Position numbers and translations under genes: made by a program | Source of the DNA: Bacteroidota bacterium | GTDB lineage: Bacteria > Bacteroidota > Bacteroidia > AKYH767-A > 2013-40CM-41-45 | Length of the DNA stretch: 64,000 bases | Assembly (NCBI GenBank): GCA_031427625.1 | Contig: JANPNV010000132.1 | Coordinates: 12,919-76,918, forward strand | Reading direction: 5' to 3' | The notes under the pieces: model-generated | What the model saw: only the letters and a program-made list of their open reading frames with translations | Database searches by the model: none | Told to the model about the DNA's origin: nothing | Shown here: positions 10,159-20,603 of the stretch, piece by piece | How positions within the stretch are numbered: position 1 is the first letter of the stretch | Layout: each line of letters begins with the position of its first letter

Positions 10159-10914
10159 TTATATGTTACCAACCTTTTCCTGAAACAATTGCAACGCTTT
10201 TCTTTTTTCATCATCAAAATGAAAATCAATTTTTTTTGTCAAATAATGAGTGATCTCCTGAGGCGATAAATTTAATGAAGATTCGTCCTGTGAAACTTGA
10301 GCGATTGAATCAAGCCCGAATTTCAAAGCGCTGTTAAATTCGAAGATAAAATCAGGACTTAGTTTTTTAATACTTACCCAGCAGGCAAATACAAATGGTA
10401 GTCCGGTAAATTTATGCCATTCCTCAGAAAGGTCATAAACGAAATTGAATGATTTTTTCATGGCCATTGCACGGTCACCGATTACAACACCTGCCACATC
10501 ACCTGCAATAGTTTTTTCATAATTTACAGTTGTCTCTGCCCATTCAGGTGTTATATGCCAAAATTCTTTTGCCAGTACCTTCGTGAGCATAACGGATGTT
10601 CGCGACTGGTAGTCAAGTAAAATATTTTTTATTTCATTAAGCGGAACATCGCTGAGCAAAAGAACTGAGTCAACACCCCCTCTCGAACCAATACAATAAT
10701 CGCTGATGATTTTATAATTTTTTAAAACGGGAAGCACAGTAACAGGAACAAGTCCGATATCTGCTTTATGCAATAAAAGTTTTTCCGCGCAAACAGAGGG
10801 TATGTCCTCTTCAATTATTACATCCGATTTAAAAATAGTATTTCGCAGGCCAAACAGAAAAGGTTTGCTGTTAAGATAGGATACAACAGAAATATGAAGT
10901 GCTTCTGCATTCAT
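10159..10914 (-). CDS. mqnA: Chorismate dehydratase MqnA (futalosine menaquinone pathway)
   Basis: SYLNSKP, IGS.GGVDSVLL, SRTSV, IGDRA, DLSEEW and LPFVFACW motifs of the MqnA/MqnD family. Confidence 0.85.
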   Translation of the reverse strand: MNAEALHISVVSYLNSKPFLFGLRNTIFKSDVIIEEDIPSVCAEKLLLHKADIGLVPVTVLPVLKNYKIISDYCIGSRGGVDSVLLLSDVPLNEIKNILLDYQSRTSVMLTKVLAKEFWHITPEWAETTVNYEKTIAGDVAGVVIGDRAMAMKKSFNFVYDLSEEWHKFTGLPFVFACWVSIKKLSPDFIFEFNSALKFGLDSIAQVSQDESSLNLSPQEITHYLTKKIDFHFDDEKRKALQLFQEKVGNI

Positions 10915-10916
10915 AT

Positions 10917-13900
10917 TTATATCTCAATTTCAATGAGATCTTCAACCTTCTTTGGATTTACTCCCTGATCCTGGTCTTTCCCTTTCCATTTCTTCACTTT
11001 ATTCTTCATTCGCTCATTCAATAGGTACATAACCGGAACAAGAATCAAGGTAAGGAATGTAGCAAACCCGAGACCGAAAATCATCGTCCAGGATAGGGGT
11101 CCCCAAAAAGCTGTGTTGTCTCCACCAAAGTAAATATGAGGATTGAATTCGGTGAACAATTTTGCAAAATCAATATTCAATCCGAATGCCAGTGGCAATA
11201 ATCCAAGAATCGCGGCGCAGGCAGTAAGAATCACAGGTGTCATACGTGTTTTTCCTGCCTCGACAATTGCATCAAATATAGGTACTCCTCGTTCACGAAG
11301 AAGATCAGTGAATTCAACTAGTAATATTCCATTTCTCACAACGATTCCAGCTAAAGCAATAATTCCAACACCACTCATAACGATAGAAAATTCCATTTTA
11401 AACAGTGAGAATCCGATGAGGACCCCAATGATGCTGAATAAAATTTCAGTTAAGATAATCAAGGGTTTGCTTACAGAGTTAAATTGTATAACAAGAATTA
11501 AAATGATTAGCAGGAGGGAAGCCATCATGGCCCAGCCAAGAAATGCTGAAGTTTCTGCCTGCTCTTCCTGAGAGCCTGTCATCATCACTGTAACACCATT
11601 TGGCGATTTGAAATTTGATAATGCCTTCTGCACGTCTTGCACTACAACGTTCTCGTTATAGTCCGTTAATACATTTGATGATATGGTAACAAATCTTTTT
11701 TGATTTTTTCTTTTTATTACACCATATGTATCTGAATATTTAATTTCAGCGAAGGCTGACAAAGGTACATTTCTTACAATTCCACCCATGGACATATCGC
11801 GGTAAAGAATTTTCAGGTTACGTAACATATCTACATTGTACCGCTGATCATCTCTGTATTTGATTACAATATTGTAATCGTCGTTTACATCTCTGTATTT
11901 TGAGATATCAGTTCCGAGTACACCAAGAAAAATTTCATTTCCAATGGTGTAAGTAGAAATTCCTTCACGATTCGCGCGTTCCCGATCGATATCGAAAACT
12001 ATCTGTGGCTTTTGATCCTGCAAATCGCTTCGAAGTTCTTCAACGCCATCAATCTTTAGTGAATCAAGTGTCCGTTTAAGCAATTTACTTGTTGTAACCA
12101 GATCTTCATAATTATCGCCAGCAACTTCGATATTAACTGGCTTACCAACAGGAGGTCCGCCTTGCTCCTGTGCAACAGTAATTTCCGCACCTGCAATTCC
12201 TTTTACAGCATCTCTGATCTTGCCCAAATATTTAGCGGAAGATTCGCCATTTCGTTTACCGAACTCAACAAATGCAATTGAAACCTTGCTCTTATTTGGA
12301 TAGTTTCCCTGATCTTCATCCTGAGGATCGGTAACTCCAACAGTTACATTTGCAATAACTGATTTTACAATTTTATTCGGCCAGTTTATTGCCTTATACA
12401 CTCTTTCTTCTACAACCTTTGTTACGGAATCGGTATAACTCTGATCTGTTCCAACCGGCAAATTTGTGTATACATAGATAAAATTAGGATCCGCTGTCGG
12501 GAAAAAACTAACTCCGCCATTTCTGGCACGTAACATAAATATAGATAGTGCGAAAATTAGTAAAACACTTAACATCATCGACCAGGGTCTATGCAGACAC
12601 CAAACTAAAACTCTTCTGTATTTTTCCTGAAACCTCGGCCAGAAATTTTCCTGAAACCGTCGAACAATATTTTTTAGCCAGTAATGATTTAATAGGAAGA
12701 TCAGAAACATCAGTATGGCAAAATTTCCAAGACCAAAATTTATCAGATAGCCAAGGACAATGGCAATGGCAAAAATTATAATAGATGCCTTTAGACTACG
12801 TGATTTTTTTTCTTCTCCGGGAATATGTGGTTTCATAAACCTCACAGCAAATACCGGATTAATAATGTAGGCTACTACAAGTGATGCAGTAAGTGTAACA
12901 ATCAACGTGACCGGAAGAAAGAACATAAACTTTCCGATAATTCCCTTCCAGAAAAGCAAGGGTACGAAAGGAGCAAGGGTTGTTAGCGTTCCCGAAAAGA
13001 CAGGAAGAAAAACTTCTCCTGCTGCCATCTTTGCTGCTTCTACAATACTTCTTTTTCCGTTAGCAAAAAGACGATGGGTGTTTTCTATTACCACAATTGC
13101 ATCATCAACAACAATTCCCAATGCAAGCAGGAATGAAAATAATACAATCATATTTAAAGTGAAGCCAATTGTAGGCATTACAATAAATGCTAGACACATT
13201 GATAATGGAACTGACATGGCCACAAAAAATGCATTTGCCGTTCCCATAAAAAACATAAGGACGATAAAAACGAGAACGAAACCAATGATGATTGTATTTA
13301 TCAGGTCGTGAAGTGTCATTCTTGTCTGATCACTTTGGTCTCCTGTTAACGTCACTATAAGATCTTTCGGCCATGAATTTTTCTGAAGATCAGCTATTAG
13401 GGTATTGATCTTATCAGAAGCCTCTATCAGGTTTTCTCCTTTTCTCTTGATAATATTTAATGTAATAACATTCTTCTTGTCAAGTCTTGCATAACTTTCC
13501 TGTTCGTGAAAACTATCAACCACTTCAGCAATTTCTTTCAGATAAACAGCATTACCGTGAATTGAATTAATTACCATTTTGCTAAGTTGCTCAGCATTCT
13601 TGAATTCTCCTGTTACACTTAAAGAACGTCTTACTCCATCCATATTTACCGATCCACCAGGAATAGTCAGATTCTCACTCTGAACTGCACGTGCGATATC
13701 GCTCATCGTAAGTCCTGCTGCCTGCATCTTCTGCATATCAACATTAATCTGGATTTCTCTCTCCAGAGCCCCGATCATCTCCACTTTTTTAATTTCTTTC
13801 ATGCTTTCAAGATGCTCTTTAGCATCATCAGCATATTTTTTCAACCGGGCTAAATCATAGTCTCCGCTAAGATTTACCTGCATCACAGGAAGGTCAGCAA

Positions 13901-14321
13901 AATTAATGTCGATTATTTCAGGATCGTTTTTAAGATCTTTCGGAAGATCTTTTTTTGCCCGGTCAACAGCATCTTTTACTTTTTGCTTTGCAAAATCAAT
14001 CTTTACATCAGAATTGAATTCCACCACTACATTGCAATAATCCTGAAGTGAATTACTTTTAATTTTTTTTACTCCCGCAATACTCTTGCATTCCTTTTCA
14101 ATAGGCCTGACAATAAGATTCTCCATATCCTTTGGAGATGTGCCGGGATAAATTACACTGACGTAAATATTCGGCAACGATATATCTGGAAAGCTTTCTT
14201 TTGGAAGATTTATATATGCTATCGCTCCATATATAGCAAGTATTAGCGTTATTACAAATGTGGCAACCTTGTTGTCAATAGCCCATGATGAAGGCTTAAA
14301 TTGTTTATATTTTTCTTGCAT
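10917..14321 (-). CDS. RND efflux transporter permease (AcrB/AcrD/AcrF family)
   Basis: GIVVDDAIVV, GIVVRNGILLV and RMTPVILT motifs; 12-TM layout with two large periplasmic loops. Confidence 0.93.
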   Translation of the reverse strand: MQEKYKQFKPSSWAIDNKVATFVITLILAIYGAIAYINLPKESFPDISLPNIYVSVIYPGTSPKDMENLIVRPIEKECKSIAGVKKIKSNSLQDYCNVVVEFNSDVKIDFAKQKVKDAVDRAKKDLPKDLKNDPEIIDINFADLPVMQVNLSGDYDLARLKKYADDAKEHLESMKEIKKVEMIGALEREIQINVDMQKMQAAGLTMSDIARAVQSENLTIPGGSVNMDGVRRSLSVTGEFKNAEQLSKMVINSIHGNAVYLKEIAEVVDSFHEQESYARLDKKNVITLNIIKRKGENLIEASDKINTLIADLQKNSWPKDLIVTLTGDQSDQTRMTLHDLINTIIIGFVLVFIVLMFFMGTANAFFVAMSVPLSMCLAFIVMPTIGFTLNMIVLFSFLLALGIVVDDAIVVIENTHRLFANGKRSIVEAAKMAAGEVFLPVFSGTLTTLAPFVPLLFWKGIIGKFMFFLPVTLIVTLTASLVVAYIINPVFAVRFMKPHIPGEEKKSRSLKASIIIFAIAIVLGYLINFGLGNFAILMFLIFLLNHYWLKNIVRRFQENFWPRFQEKYRRVLVWCLHRPWSMMLSVLLIFALSIFMLRARNGGVSFFPTADPNFIYVYTNLPVGTDQSYTDSVTKVVEERVYKAINWPNKIVKSVIANVTVGVTDPQDEDQGNYPNKSKVSIAFVEFGKRNGESSAKYLGKIRDAVKGIAGAEITVAQEQGGPPVGKPVNIEVAGDNYEDLVTTSKLLKRTLDSLKIDGVEELRSDLQDQKPQIVFDIDRERANREGISTYTIGNEIFLGVLGTDISKYRDVNDDYNIVIKYRDDQRYNVDMLRNLKILYRDMSMGGIVRNVPLSAFAEIKYSDTYGVIKRKNQKRFVTISSNVLTDYNENVVVQDVQKALSNFKSPNGVTVMMTGSQEEQAETSAFLGWAMMASLLLIILILVIQFNSVSKPLIILTEILFSIIGVLIGFSLFKMEFSIVMSGVGIIALAGIVVRNGILLVEFTDLLRERGVPIFDAIVEAGKTRMTPVILTACAAILGLLPLAFGLNIDFAKLFTEFNPHIYFGGDNTAFWGPLSWTMIFGLGFATFLTLILVPVMYLLNERMKNKVKKWKGKDQDQGVNPKKVEDLIEIEI

Positions 14322-14351
14322 ATGTTTAAACGTTTAAGATGATCTGAAAAA

Positions 14352-15470
14352 TTATAGACTTACTGCATCACCTTCGATGACGTTTTGAAAACCATTTGTG
14401 ATTACTTTATCACCTGGCTCAAGCCCGGAAATAATTTCTATAAAGCCATTGTAAATTATACCGGATTTGACAATTTTTCTCTTTGCAATTGTTTTTTTCC
14501 CTTCTGTATATATGAAATATACAAACTGACCTTCTGTTGATTTCTGTACAGAACCAACCGGTAATACATAGGCAGAAGGATTGTGATAATCAATTATCTT
14601 CATTATGGAAATCATATTCGGATGAAATAGTCCTTGTTTATCTGTTATCCTCACTTCAACATTAAATGTTCTATTCACCGGATCGATCCTGTTGCCGGAA
14701 TAATCTATGGTTGTCTTTATTTCTTTATTTAAATCAGGGAACCATAAAATAACATTATCGCCCTTATTAACCTTGCTGATATAGGATTCTGCTACTTCTC
14801 CTTTTACTTTTAATGAAGATAAATTTAACACCCGAATTGCAGGAAGTCCCGGCATCACCGTTTGGCCAATTTTTATATCAACTGCGTCAACTGTTCCATT
14901 TATTGGTGATTTAATTCTTGTCATATCAAGCTGCTGTTTCATGACATCCATTCTTCTTTCCATCGATTGTTTATTTGTCTTCGCCTGAAGAAACTGAACT
15001 TCACTGCCGATTTTCTGATCCCATAAATTTTTCTGCCTGTCGTATAGTTGTATTGTCAGTTCGAGCTGACTCTGTAATTCTGATATACTTTGTTTTATTA
15101 TCTTATCATCAATAATTGCAAGTACCTGTCCAACGCTAACCTTATCTCCTGCCTTAGCAAATAGAGAAGTTACCGTACCAGATGCCTCCGGACTAAGCAA
15201 CACATCCTGGTCCCCTTCGACTTTTGCCTGTACCTCGATAAAGTGATTGAATCCCTGAGGATGCATTTCGGTAATTCCTACTACCTTGCTTTTTACTTCT
15301 GATGTATCTTCAAGTGCAAGTTCAGATTCAATCTTGTTTATTTTTTCCTTTAGATCACTCTGTTCTTTTTTTAATTTTTCTAATTCAATTTTTTTATCTG
15401 TATTTTTTCCTGAATTGGAGCAGGCAGAAAGAATAGAAAGAATTGATAAAGCAAAAACTAATTTTTTCAT
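14352..15470 (-). CDS. RND periplasmic adaptor (MFP) lipoprotein
   Basis: Lipobox LSAC, lipoyl half-motifs (GDKVSVGQVL, IKSPINGTV), GLEPGDKVIT. Confidence 0.9.
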   Translation of the reverse strand: MKKLVFALSILSILSACSNSGKNTDKKIELEKLKKEQSDLKEKINKIESELALEDTSEVKSKVVGITEMHPQGFNHFIEVQAKVEGDQDVLLSPEASGTVTSLFAKAGDKVSVGQVLAIIDDKIIKQSISELQSQLELTIQLYDRQKNLWDQKIGSEVQFLQAKTNKQSMERRMDVMKQQLDMTRIKSPINGTVDAVDIKIGQTVMPGLPAIRVLNLSSLKVKGEVAESYISKVNKGDNVILWFPDLNKEIKTTIDYSGNRIDPVNRTFNVEVRITDKQGLFHPNMISIMKIIDYHNPSAYVLPVGSVQKSTEGQFVYFIYTEGKKTIAKRKIVKSGIIYNGFIEIISGLEPGDKVITNGFQNVIEGDAVSL

Positions 15471-15490
15471 ATTTATGTAATTTGTGATTA

Positions 15491-16834
15491 TTAATAGTTG
15501 AAATTCCCTAACGCTTTATCAAGATCTACTTTTGCGATAACGGCATTGTATAAAGAATTGAAATAGTTTACTTGTGCCTCTTTAAGGGAAGTTTCAGCAT
15601 CAAGAACTTCCAGATTTGAGCCAACACCCTGATCATATTTAAGTTTTGTAATGGTTGAAATTGTAGAAGCAAGATCCAGATTTTTTTCTTGCACCTTCAG
15701 GGATGAAATCGCATCGAGTAGGGCTGAGCGACTTGAACTAGCCTGAAGGTTTATCGCTTCTTCAAAGTTCTTAAGTTCATTATCTATTTTATTTAGCGTA
15801 AGTCTTTCCTGTCTGATGCGGTTTTCTCTTTGCATACCATCAAATAAATTAATACTTAATGTAGCACCAATAATTCCTGTAGGAAACCATCGGTATTCAC
15901 TATTGAATATATTAAATTCAGCCCTCTGTGCCGTGGTGCTCAGATTGCCATATGCAACAAGCTTTGGAATATACTGGCTTTTGTATCTTTTCAAATTATA
16001 TTCTTGCAGTCTAGCTTGTGTTACCAGAATAGAATATTCAATTCGTTTAGCAGGGTCTGTTTTTTCTAGCGACGACTGTAAATTTTTAACAGCATCAATA
16101 TCGATGGAGTCAGTAATTATAAGCATTTCAGACTGAGGAAAACCCATTTGATACTTTAGCATTTTTTCAGAAAGTTCGATAGTGCGTTCAAAGTTCTCTG
16201 TTTCGGTTAAAATATTATTATATGCTACCTGAACCCGGTCAGCATCAATTTTCTCTACAAATCCATTTTCAAACATCGCCTTTATATCTGAAGATAATTT
16301 TTGCAGGCGGATTCTGTTTGCATCAAGTACTTTTTTTCTTTCTCGTAAAAGAAGAATGGAATAATATGACTTAGTAACTGTTATTGCAGTTTCGAGTTTT
16401 GTACGAATAAGATTTTTATTCGATAAATCACGATACGTTCTTGATGCACTTACACCGATAAGATAAGAAGGGTCAAATAATAATTGGGTGGCTGATATTC
16501 CGGCGGTTGAATTCCAGCGTGTTCCAAACTGTACAGGAACGAAGGAACCTTTCTCACCACCAAAAAATTCGCCCGGGACAAATGATACAGGAATTTTTTC
16601 ATAATCTTTTATATCAAAACTTGCGTTCAGCTGCGGCAATCCTTCTCCGATTGTTTCTCGAACTTTGTATTTTGATATCTCAGCATCTAATCCTGCATTC
16701 AAAACATCTTTTTGATGAGTGATTGCATAATCAATTGCTTGTTTAATCGAGAATTTTAAAGTAGAATCGGTTGATTGAGCGATAGTGGTTATTGCTGAGA
16801 GCAGCATGAATAAAAAAAGTGACAAATTTCTCAT
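15491..16834 (-). CDS. TolC family outer membrane efflux protein
   Basis: Signal peptide, two OEP repeats, YDQGVGSNLEVLDAE; lies in the RND operon. Confidence 0.9.
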   Translation of the reverse strand: MRNLSLFLFMLLSAITTIAQSTDSTLKFSIKQAIDYAITHQKDVLNAGLDAEISKYKVRETIGEGLPQLNASFDIKDYEKIPVSFVPGEFFGGEKGSFVPVQFGTRWNSTAGISATQLLFDPSYLIGVSASRTYRDLSNKNLIRTKLETAITVTKSYYSILLLRERKKVLDANRIRLQKLSSDIKAMFENGFVEKIDADRVQVAYNNILTETENFERTIELSEKMLKYQMGFPQSEMLIITDSIDIDAVKNLQSSLEKTDPAKRIEYSILVTQARLQEYNLKRYKSQYIPKLVAYGNLSTTAQRAEFNIFNSEYRWFPTGIIGATLSINLFDGMQRENRIRQERLTLNKIDNELKNFEEAINLQASSSRSALLDAISSLKVQEKNLDLASTISTITKLKYDQGVGSNLEVLDAETSLKEAQVNYFNSLYNAVIAKVDLDKALGNFNY

Positions 16835-16873
16835 ATGGGGTATGACGATGAATCAGATAATATATTTTAAAGT

Positions 16874-17497
16874 TTATTTCTTTTTAATTGATTTTCTGTA
16901 CTTCTCCATTAATTTAAATCCTTTAGGTGTTACAATACCATGCAGGAAATGGTCGATCAGAGCAATTTGCACATCTGTAATTTTAAAATCTTCCGGAGCA
17001 TACAGAGATGGATTAAATCCCATCTCTACTTCTTCGATTCGTAAACGTGCCAGAATTTTAATTTTTATTTCTTTCCTGTAAAGATCAAGTTGAATTCCGC
17101 GTTTTAGATTTTCTTCAATAAAGCCAATCAACATTCTCTCTTTAAAATCTTTAAATGCATTCCATGATTGCGGGTGATATTTCTGAAGATGATAAAATAC
17201 TGCAGGATTTACACTTTTGAAATAATTCTCAAGGTGGTACATCATCTTTACCATCTCATCGATTGCATCTAAACTGTTTTTTCTGATCTCCAGTATTTCT
17301 GATTCCCGACAATTTATCTGCGCCTTTGTGAAGGATCTAACTAAATCGTTTTTGTCCCGGTAATAAATATAAATAGTCTTTTTTGAAATTCCTAGGTGAG
17401 ACGCGATATCATCCATAGTAATCGTCCTGATTCCATGCTTGAAAAACAGAGCCCCTGTTTCACTTAGTATTCGCTCTTCTATATTACTATTTTTCAT
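16874..17497 (-). CDS. TetR/AcrR family transcriptional regulator
   Basis: GIRTITMDDIASHLGISKKTIY HTH; start corrected to ATG 17497. Confidence 0.92.
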   Translation of the reverse strand: MKNSNIEERILSETGALFFKHGIRTITMDDIASHLGISKKTIYIYYRDKNDLVRSFTKAQINCRESEILEIRKNSLDAIDEMVKMMYHLENYFKSVNPAVFYHLQKYHPQSWNAFKDFKERMLIGFIEENLKRGIQLDLYRKEIKIKILARLRIEEVEMGFNPSLYAPEDFKITDVQIALIDHFLHGIVTPKGFKLMEKYRKSIKKK

Positions 17498-17505
17498 TCC
17501 GAACG

Positions 17506-17543
17506 CAAAACTATGGAAACTATTTATGAATACAAAGTTTCCA
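17506..17543 (-). promoter_or_regulatory. -7 promoter (TAGTTTTG) plus adjacent 30-bp palindrome, probable TetR operator
   Basis: tggaaactatttat-ga-atacaaagtttcca (12 of 14 positions symmetric) at 17514-17543, abutting the promoter at 17506-17513. Confidence 0.65.
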
Positions 17544-17615
17544 ATCAAATATTTTCCTTTATATATTAATAAGATTTGGCTAATTGTTTCTACCTTCGGC
17601 TCTTTAAAATTTACA

Positions 17616-18959
17616 ATGGCTTCACACTCACTAAGTGCTATTTCCCCCATTGATGGGCGATATCATTCCCTCACTACTGAATTATCTGGATATTTTTCAG
17701 AAGCGGCGCTCATGAAGTACAGGTTGCAGGTTGAAATCGAATATTTTATCGCTTTGTGCGAATTGCCCTTGCCTCAGCTTGGTAAATCTAGACAACCCGA
17801 TTTTGAAAAGCTCAGAATGATATATTTGGAGTTTAATTCCGCTGATGCATTAAACATTAAAGAGAAGGAAGCTAAGACTAATCATGATGTTAAAGCCCTC
17901 GAATATTTCATTAAAGAAAAATTTATTGAATTTGGCCTTACTGAAGTGAGAGAATTTGTCCATTTCGGACTTACTTCTCAGGATATAAATAATACTGCAT
18001 TTCCACTTGCCTTGAAAGATGCAATTAAAAATGTTTACATGCCACTTTTAAGTGGTGTTTTAGAACTGCTTAACGTCTTATCGTTAAAGTGGAAGGACAT
18101 CGCAATGTTATCCCGGACACATGGCCAACCCGCTTCTCCAACAAGACTCGGAAAGGAATTGATGGTTTTTATTGAAAGGCTTGAAGATCAAATTATACTT
18201 TTTAAAAATATTCCTTTCTCTTCTAAATTTGGTGGCGCAACCGGAAATTTCAATGCCCATCATGTTGCCTATCCTGAAATTGATTGGAAGAAATTTGCCA
18301 ACCGATTCGTGAAAGATAAACTCGGACTCGAACGTCAGCAATTCACAACTCAAATAGAGCATTATGATAACCTTTGTGCATTATTTGATAATGTGAAAAG
18401 GATAAATAATATTCTTATCGATCTGAACCGTGATGTCTGGACATATATTTCTATGGATTATTTTAAGCAACAGATCAGCGAGGGAGAAATCGGTTCGTCA
18501 GCGATGCCTCATAAAGTTAACCCGATTGATTTTGAAAATTCAGAGGGAAACCTTGGGTTAGCTAATTCTATGTTTGAATATCTTTCTTCAAAACTACCAA
18601 TCTCAAGACTTCAACGCGACCTTACGGATTCAACTGTTCTTAGAAATGTAGGTGTTCCTTTTGGACATACGGTAATCGCGATGAAATCACTTCTGAAGGG
18701 GTTGAATAAGCTATCATTAAATGAAGATGCTATCAGTAAAGATCTCGACGACAACTGGCCTGTAATCGCTGAAGCAATACAGACAATTCTCAGAAGAGAG
18801 AATTATCCAGACCCTTACGAAAAACTGAAAGATCTTACACGAACCAATAAAAAAATTGACAAGGAAGTGCTGCAGTCGTTTATCAATTCACTGGATATTG
18901 AAGAAGGAGTAAAAAATGAATTACTTTTAATAACTCCTTTTAATTATACGGGAATTTAA
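17616..18959 (+). CDS. purB: Adenylosuccinate lyase
   Basis: AISPIDGRY, TNHDVKA, RTHGQPASPT and SSAMPHKVNPIDFEN motifs; start corrected to ATG 17616. Confidence 0.96.
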   Translation: MASHSLSAISPIDGRYHSLTTELSGYFSEAALMKYRLQVEIEYFIALCELPLPQLGKSRQPDFEKLRMIYLEFNSADALNIKEKEAKTNHDVKALEYFIKEKFIEFGLTEVREFVHFGLTSQDINNTAFPLALKDAIKNVYMPLLSGVLELLNVLSLKWKDIAMLSRTHGQPASPTRLGKELMVFIERLEDQIILFKNIPFSSKFGGATGNFNAHHVAYPEIDWKKFANRFVKDKLGLERQQFTTQIEHYDNLCALFDNVKRINNILIDLNRDVWTYISMDYFKQQISEGEIGSSAMPHKVNPIDFENSEGNLGLANSMFEYLSSKLPISRLQRDLTDSTVLRNVGVPFGHTVIAMKSLLKGLNKLSLNEDAISKDLDDNWPVIAEAIQTILRRENYPDPYEKLKDLTRTNKKIDKEVLQSFINSLDIEEGVKNELLLITPFNYTGI

Positions 18960-18988
18960 TTCTTCATGCTTTTTATAATTCACAGAAC

Positions 18989-19861
18989 ATGAAAGTCTGC
19001 GGTTTTACTTTTATCAGAAATGCTGTCAAGTACGACTATCCCGTTGTCGAATCAATATCTTCTATTTTACCTTTATGTGATAAGTTTATTGTCGTTTGTG
19101 GTAATTCTGTCGATAATACAAGAGAACTCATTAGTAAAATAAATCCTGATAAGGTCATTATCATTGATAGCGTATGGGACGATTCGTTGCGGGATGGCGG
19201 AAAGGTGCTGGCATTAGAAACGAATAAAGCGATTGATGCATTACCAGCTGATTATGACTGGGGTTTTTACCTTCAAGCCGATGAAGTTATTCATGAGGAT
19301 TATCATTCTTACATAATTTCCTCCATGAAGAAATGGAAAGATGATAAAAATACCGACGGATTACTTTTCGATTACAAGCATTTTTATGGTTCCTACGACT
19401 ATGTCGGTGACTCCACACGTTGGTATAGAAATGAAGTGAGAATTATCCGGTGCGATAAATCAATTCGTTCTTTTCGTGATGCACAAGGATTTAAAAAAAA
19501 CGGAAGGCTTCTGAATGTTAGAAATGCCGAAGCATCTGTATATCATTACGGTTGGGTAAAGCCGCCAATCTTACAGCAGGAAAAGCAAAAATATTTTCAT
19601 TCTTTGTGGCATTCAGACGAATGGCTGAAAAAGAATGTAGCAAATACCGACCAGTTTGATTATTCAAAGATTGATTCTTTAACATTATTCAATGGAACGC
19701 ATCCTTCTGTTATGAAAGAAAGAATTGAGAGCAGTAATTGGAAGTTTAATTACGATCCATTAAAGAAAAGGCTTCCGTTGAAACCGAGGATAAAGCTTTT
19801 TGTTGAAAAACTAACAGGATGGAGACCGGGAGAGTATAAAAATTTTAAGATTCTTCGATAA
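18989..19861 (+). CDS. Glycosyltransferase family 2-like protein
   Basis: GT-A fold signs: YP..ESI.S, S.DNT, YLQADE, YHYGW. Confidence 0.75.
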   Translation: MKVCGFTFIRNAVKYDYPVVESISSILPLCDKFIVVCGNSVDNTRELISKINPDKVIIIDSVWDDSLRDGGKVLALETNKAIDALPADYDWGFYLQADEVIHEDYHSYIISSMKKWKDDKNTDGLLFDYKHFYGSYDYVGDSTRWYRNEVRIIRCDKSIRSFRDAQGFKKNGRLLNVRNAEASVYHYGWVKPPILQQEKQKYFHSLWHSDEWLKKNVANTDQFDYSKIDSLTLFNGTHPSVMKERIESSNWKFNYDPLKKRLPLKPRIKLFVEKLTGWRPGEYKNFKILR

Positions 19862-19867
19862 TAGAAA

Positions 19868-20587
19868 TTACCACCCCGATGCAAGTACATCGGCCAGATG
19901 CATGACCTTAATTTTATTATTGTTTTTTTGAAGGTAGCCTTGTAAATGCATCAGACAGGAAGAATCAGTAGAGATTAATATTTCAGCTTCAGTTGCATTG
20001 GCATTAATTATTTTTTGTTCTGCCATACCTACAGCTATTGGTTCATATTTTACCGAAAATGTTCCACCAAATCCACAGCAGGTTTCTGTATCATTCATCT
20101 CTCTTATTTCAAGGCCGCGAACATTGGATAAAAGTATTCGTGGTTCATTTTTTATTCCCATTTCGCGAAGAGCACTGCAAGAATCATGATAGGTCGCAAT
20201 GCCATCCAATCGGGCACCTACATCAGTGACGTGAAGCACATTTACCAGGAAATCGCTGAATTCGTAAATATTTTTTTGAACACTTTTTGCCTTATTGTGC
20301 TGAGCAGAATTATGAAAAATTTCGGGATAATAATTTTTTACCATTCCAGCGCAAGAGGCAGAGGGAGAAACAATGTATCTCTCATTCGGAAAATCAGAAA
20401 TAAATTTTTCCGCAACCTGTTTACACTCATCCCAGTAACCGGCGTTAAAAGCGGGCTGACCACAACAAGTTTGTTCAGGATTGTAATTAACAGTGCAACC
20501 GACTTTTTCCAGAACCTTAATCATATTAAGTGCAGTATTCGGATAAATCTGATCGATGAAACAGGGGATAAATATATCTACAAGCAT
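19868..20587 (-). CDS. CCG-domain Fe-S protein (LutA/LldE/YkgE family)
   Basis: FIPCFID, QTCCGQPAFNAG, YHDSC, CCGFGGTF and SCLMH motifs. Confidence 0.88.
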   Translation of the reverse strand: MLVDIFIPCFIDQIYPNTALNMIKVLEKVGCTVNYNPEQTCCGQPAFNAGYWDECKQVAEKFISDFPNERYIVSPSASCAGMVKNYYPEIFHNSAQHNKAKSVQKNIYEFSDFLVNVLHVTDVGARLDGIATYHDSCSALREMGIKNEPRILLSNVRGLEIREMNDTETCCGFGGTFSVKYEPIAVGMAEQKIINANATEAEILISTDSSCLMHLQGYLQKNNNKIKVMHLADVLASGW

Positions 20588-20603
20588 ATTTTCTATAAGC
20601 GAA

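Noticed and set aside
11143-13311. Antisense ORFs of 134-142 aa within the RND gene, and similar ones within tuf, rplL, rpoB and the lutA-like gene
   Set aside because: Shadow frames of well-conserved genes with no recognisable motifs.
17439-17650. Apparent head-to-head overlap of the tetR and purB ORFs
   Set aside because: Artefact of longest-ORF starts. Homology begins at ATG 17497 and ATG 17616, leaving a normal divergent promoter region.
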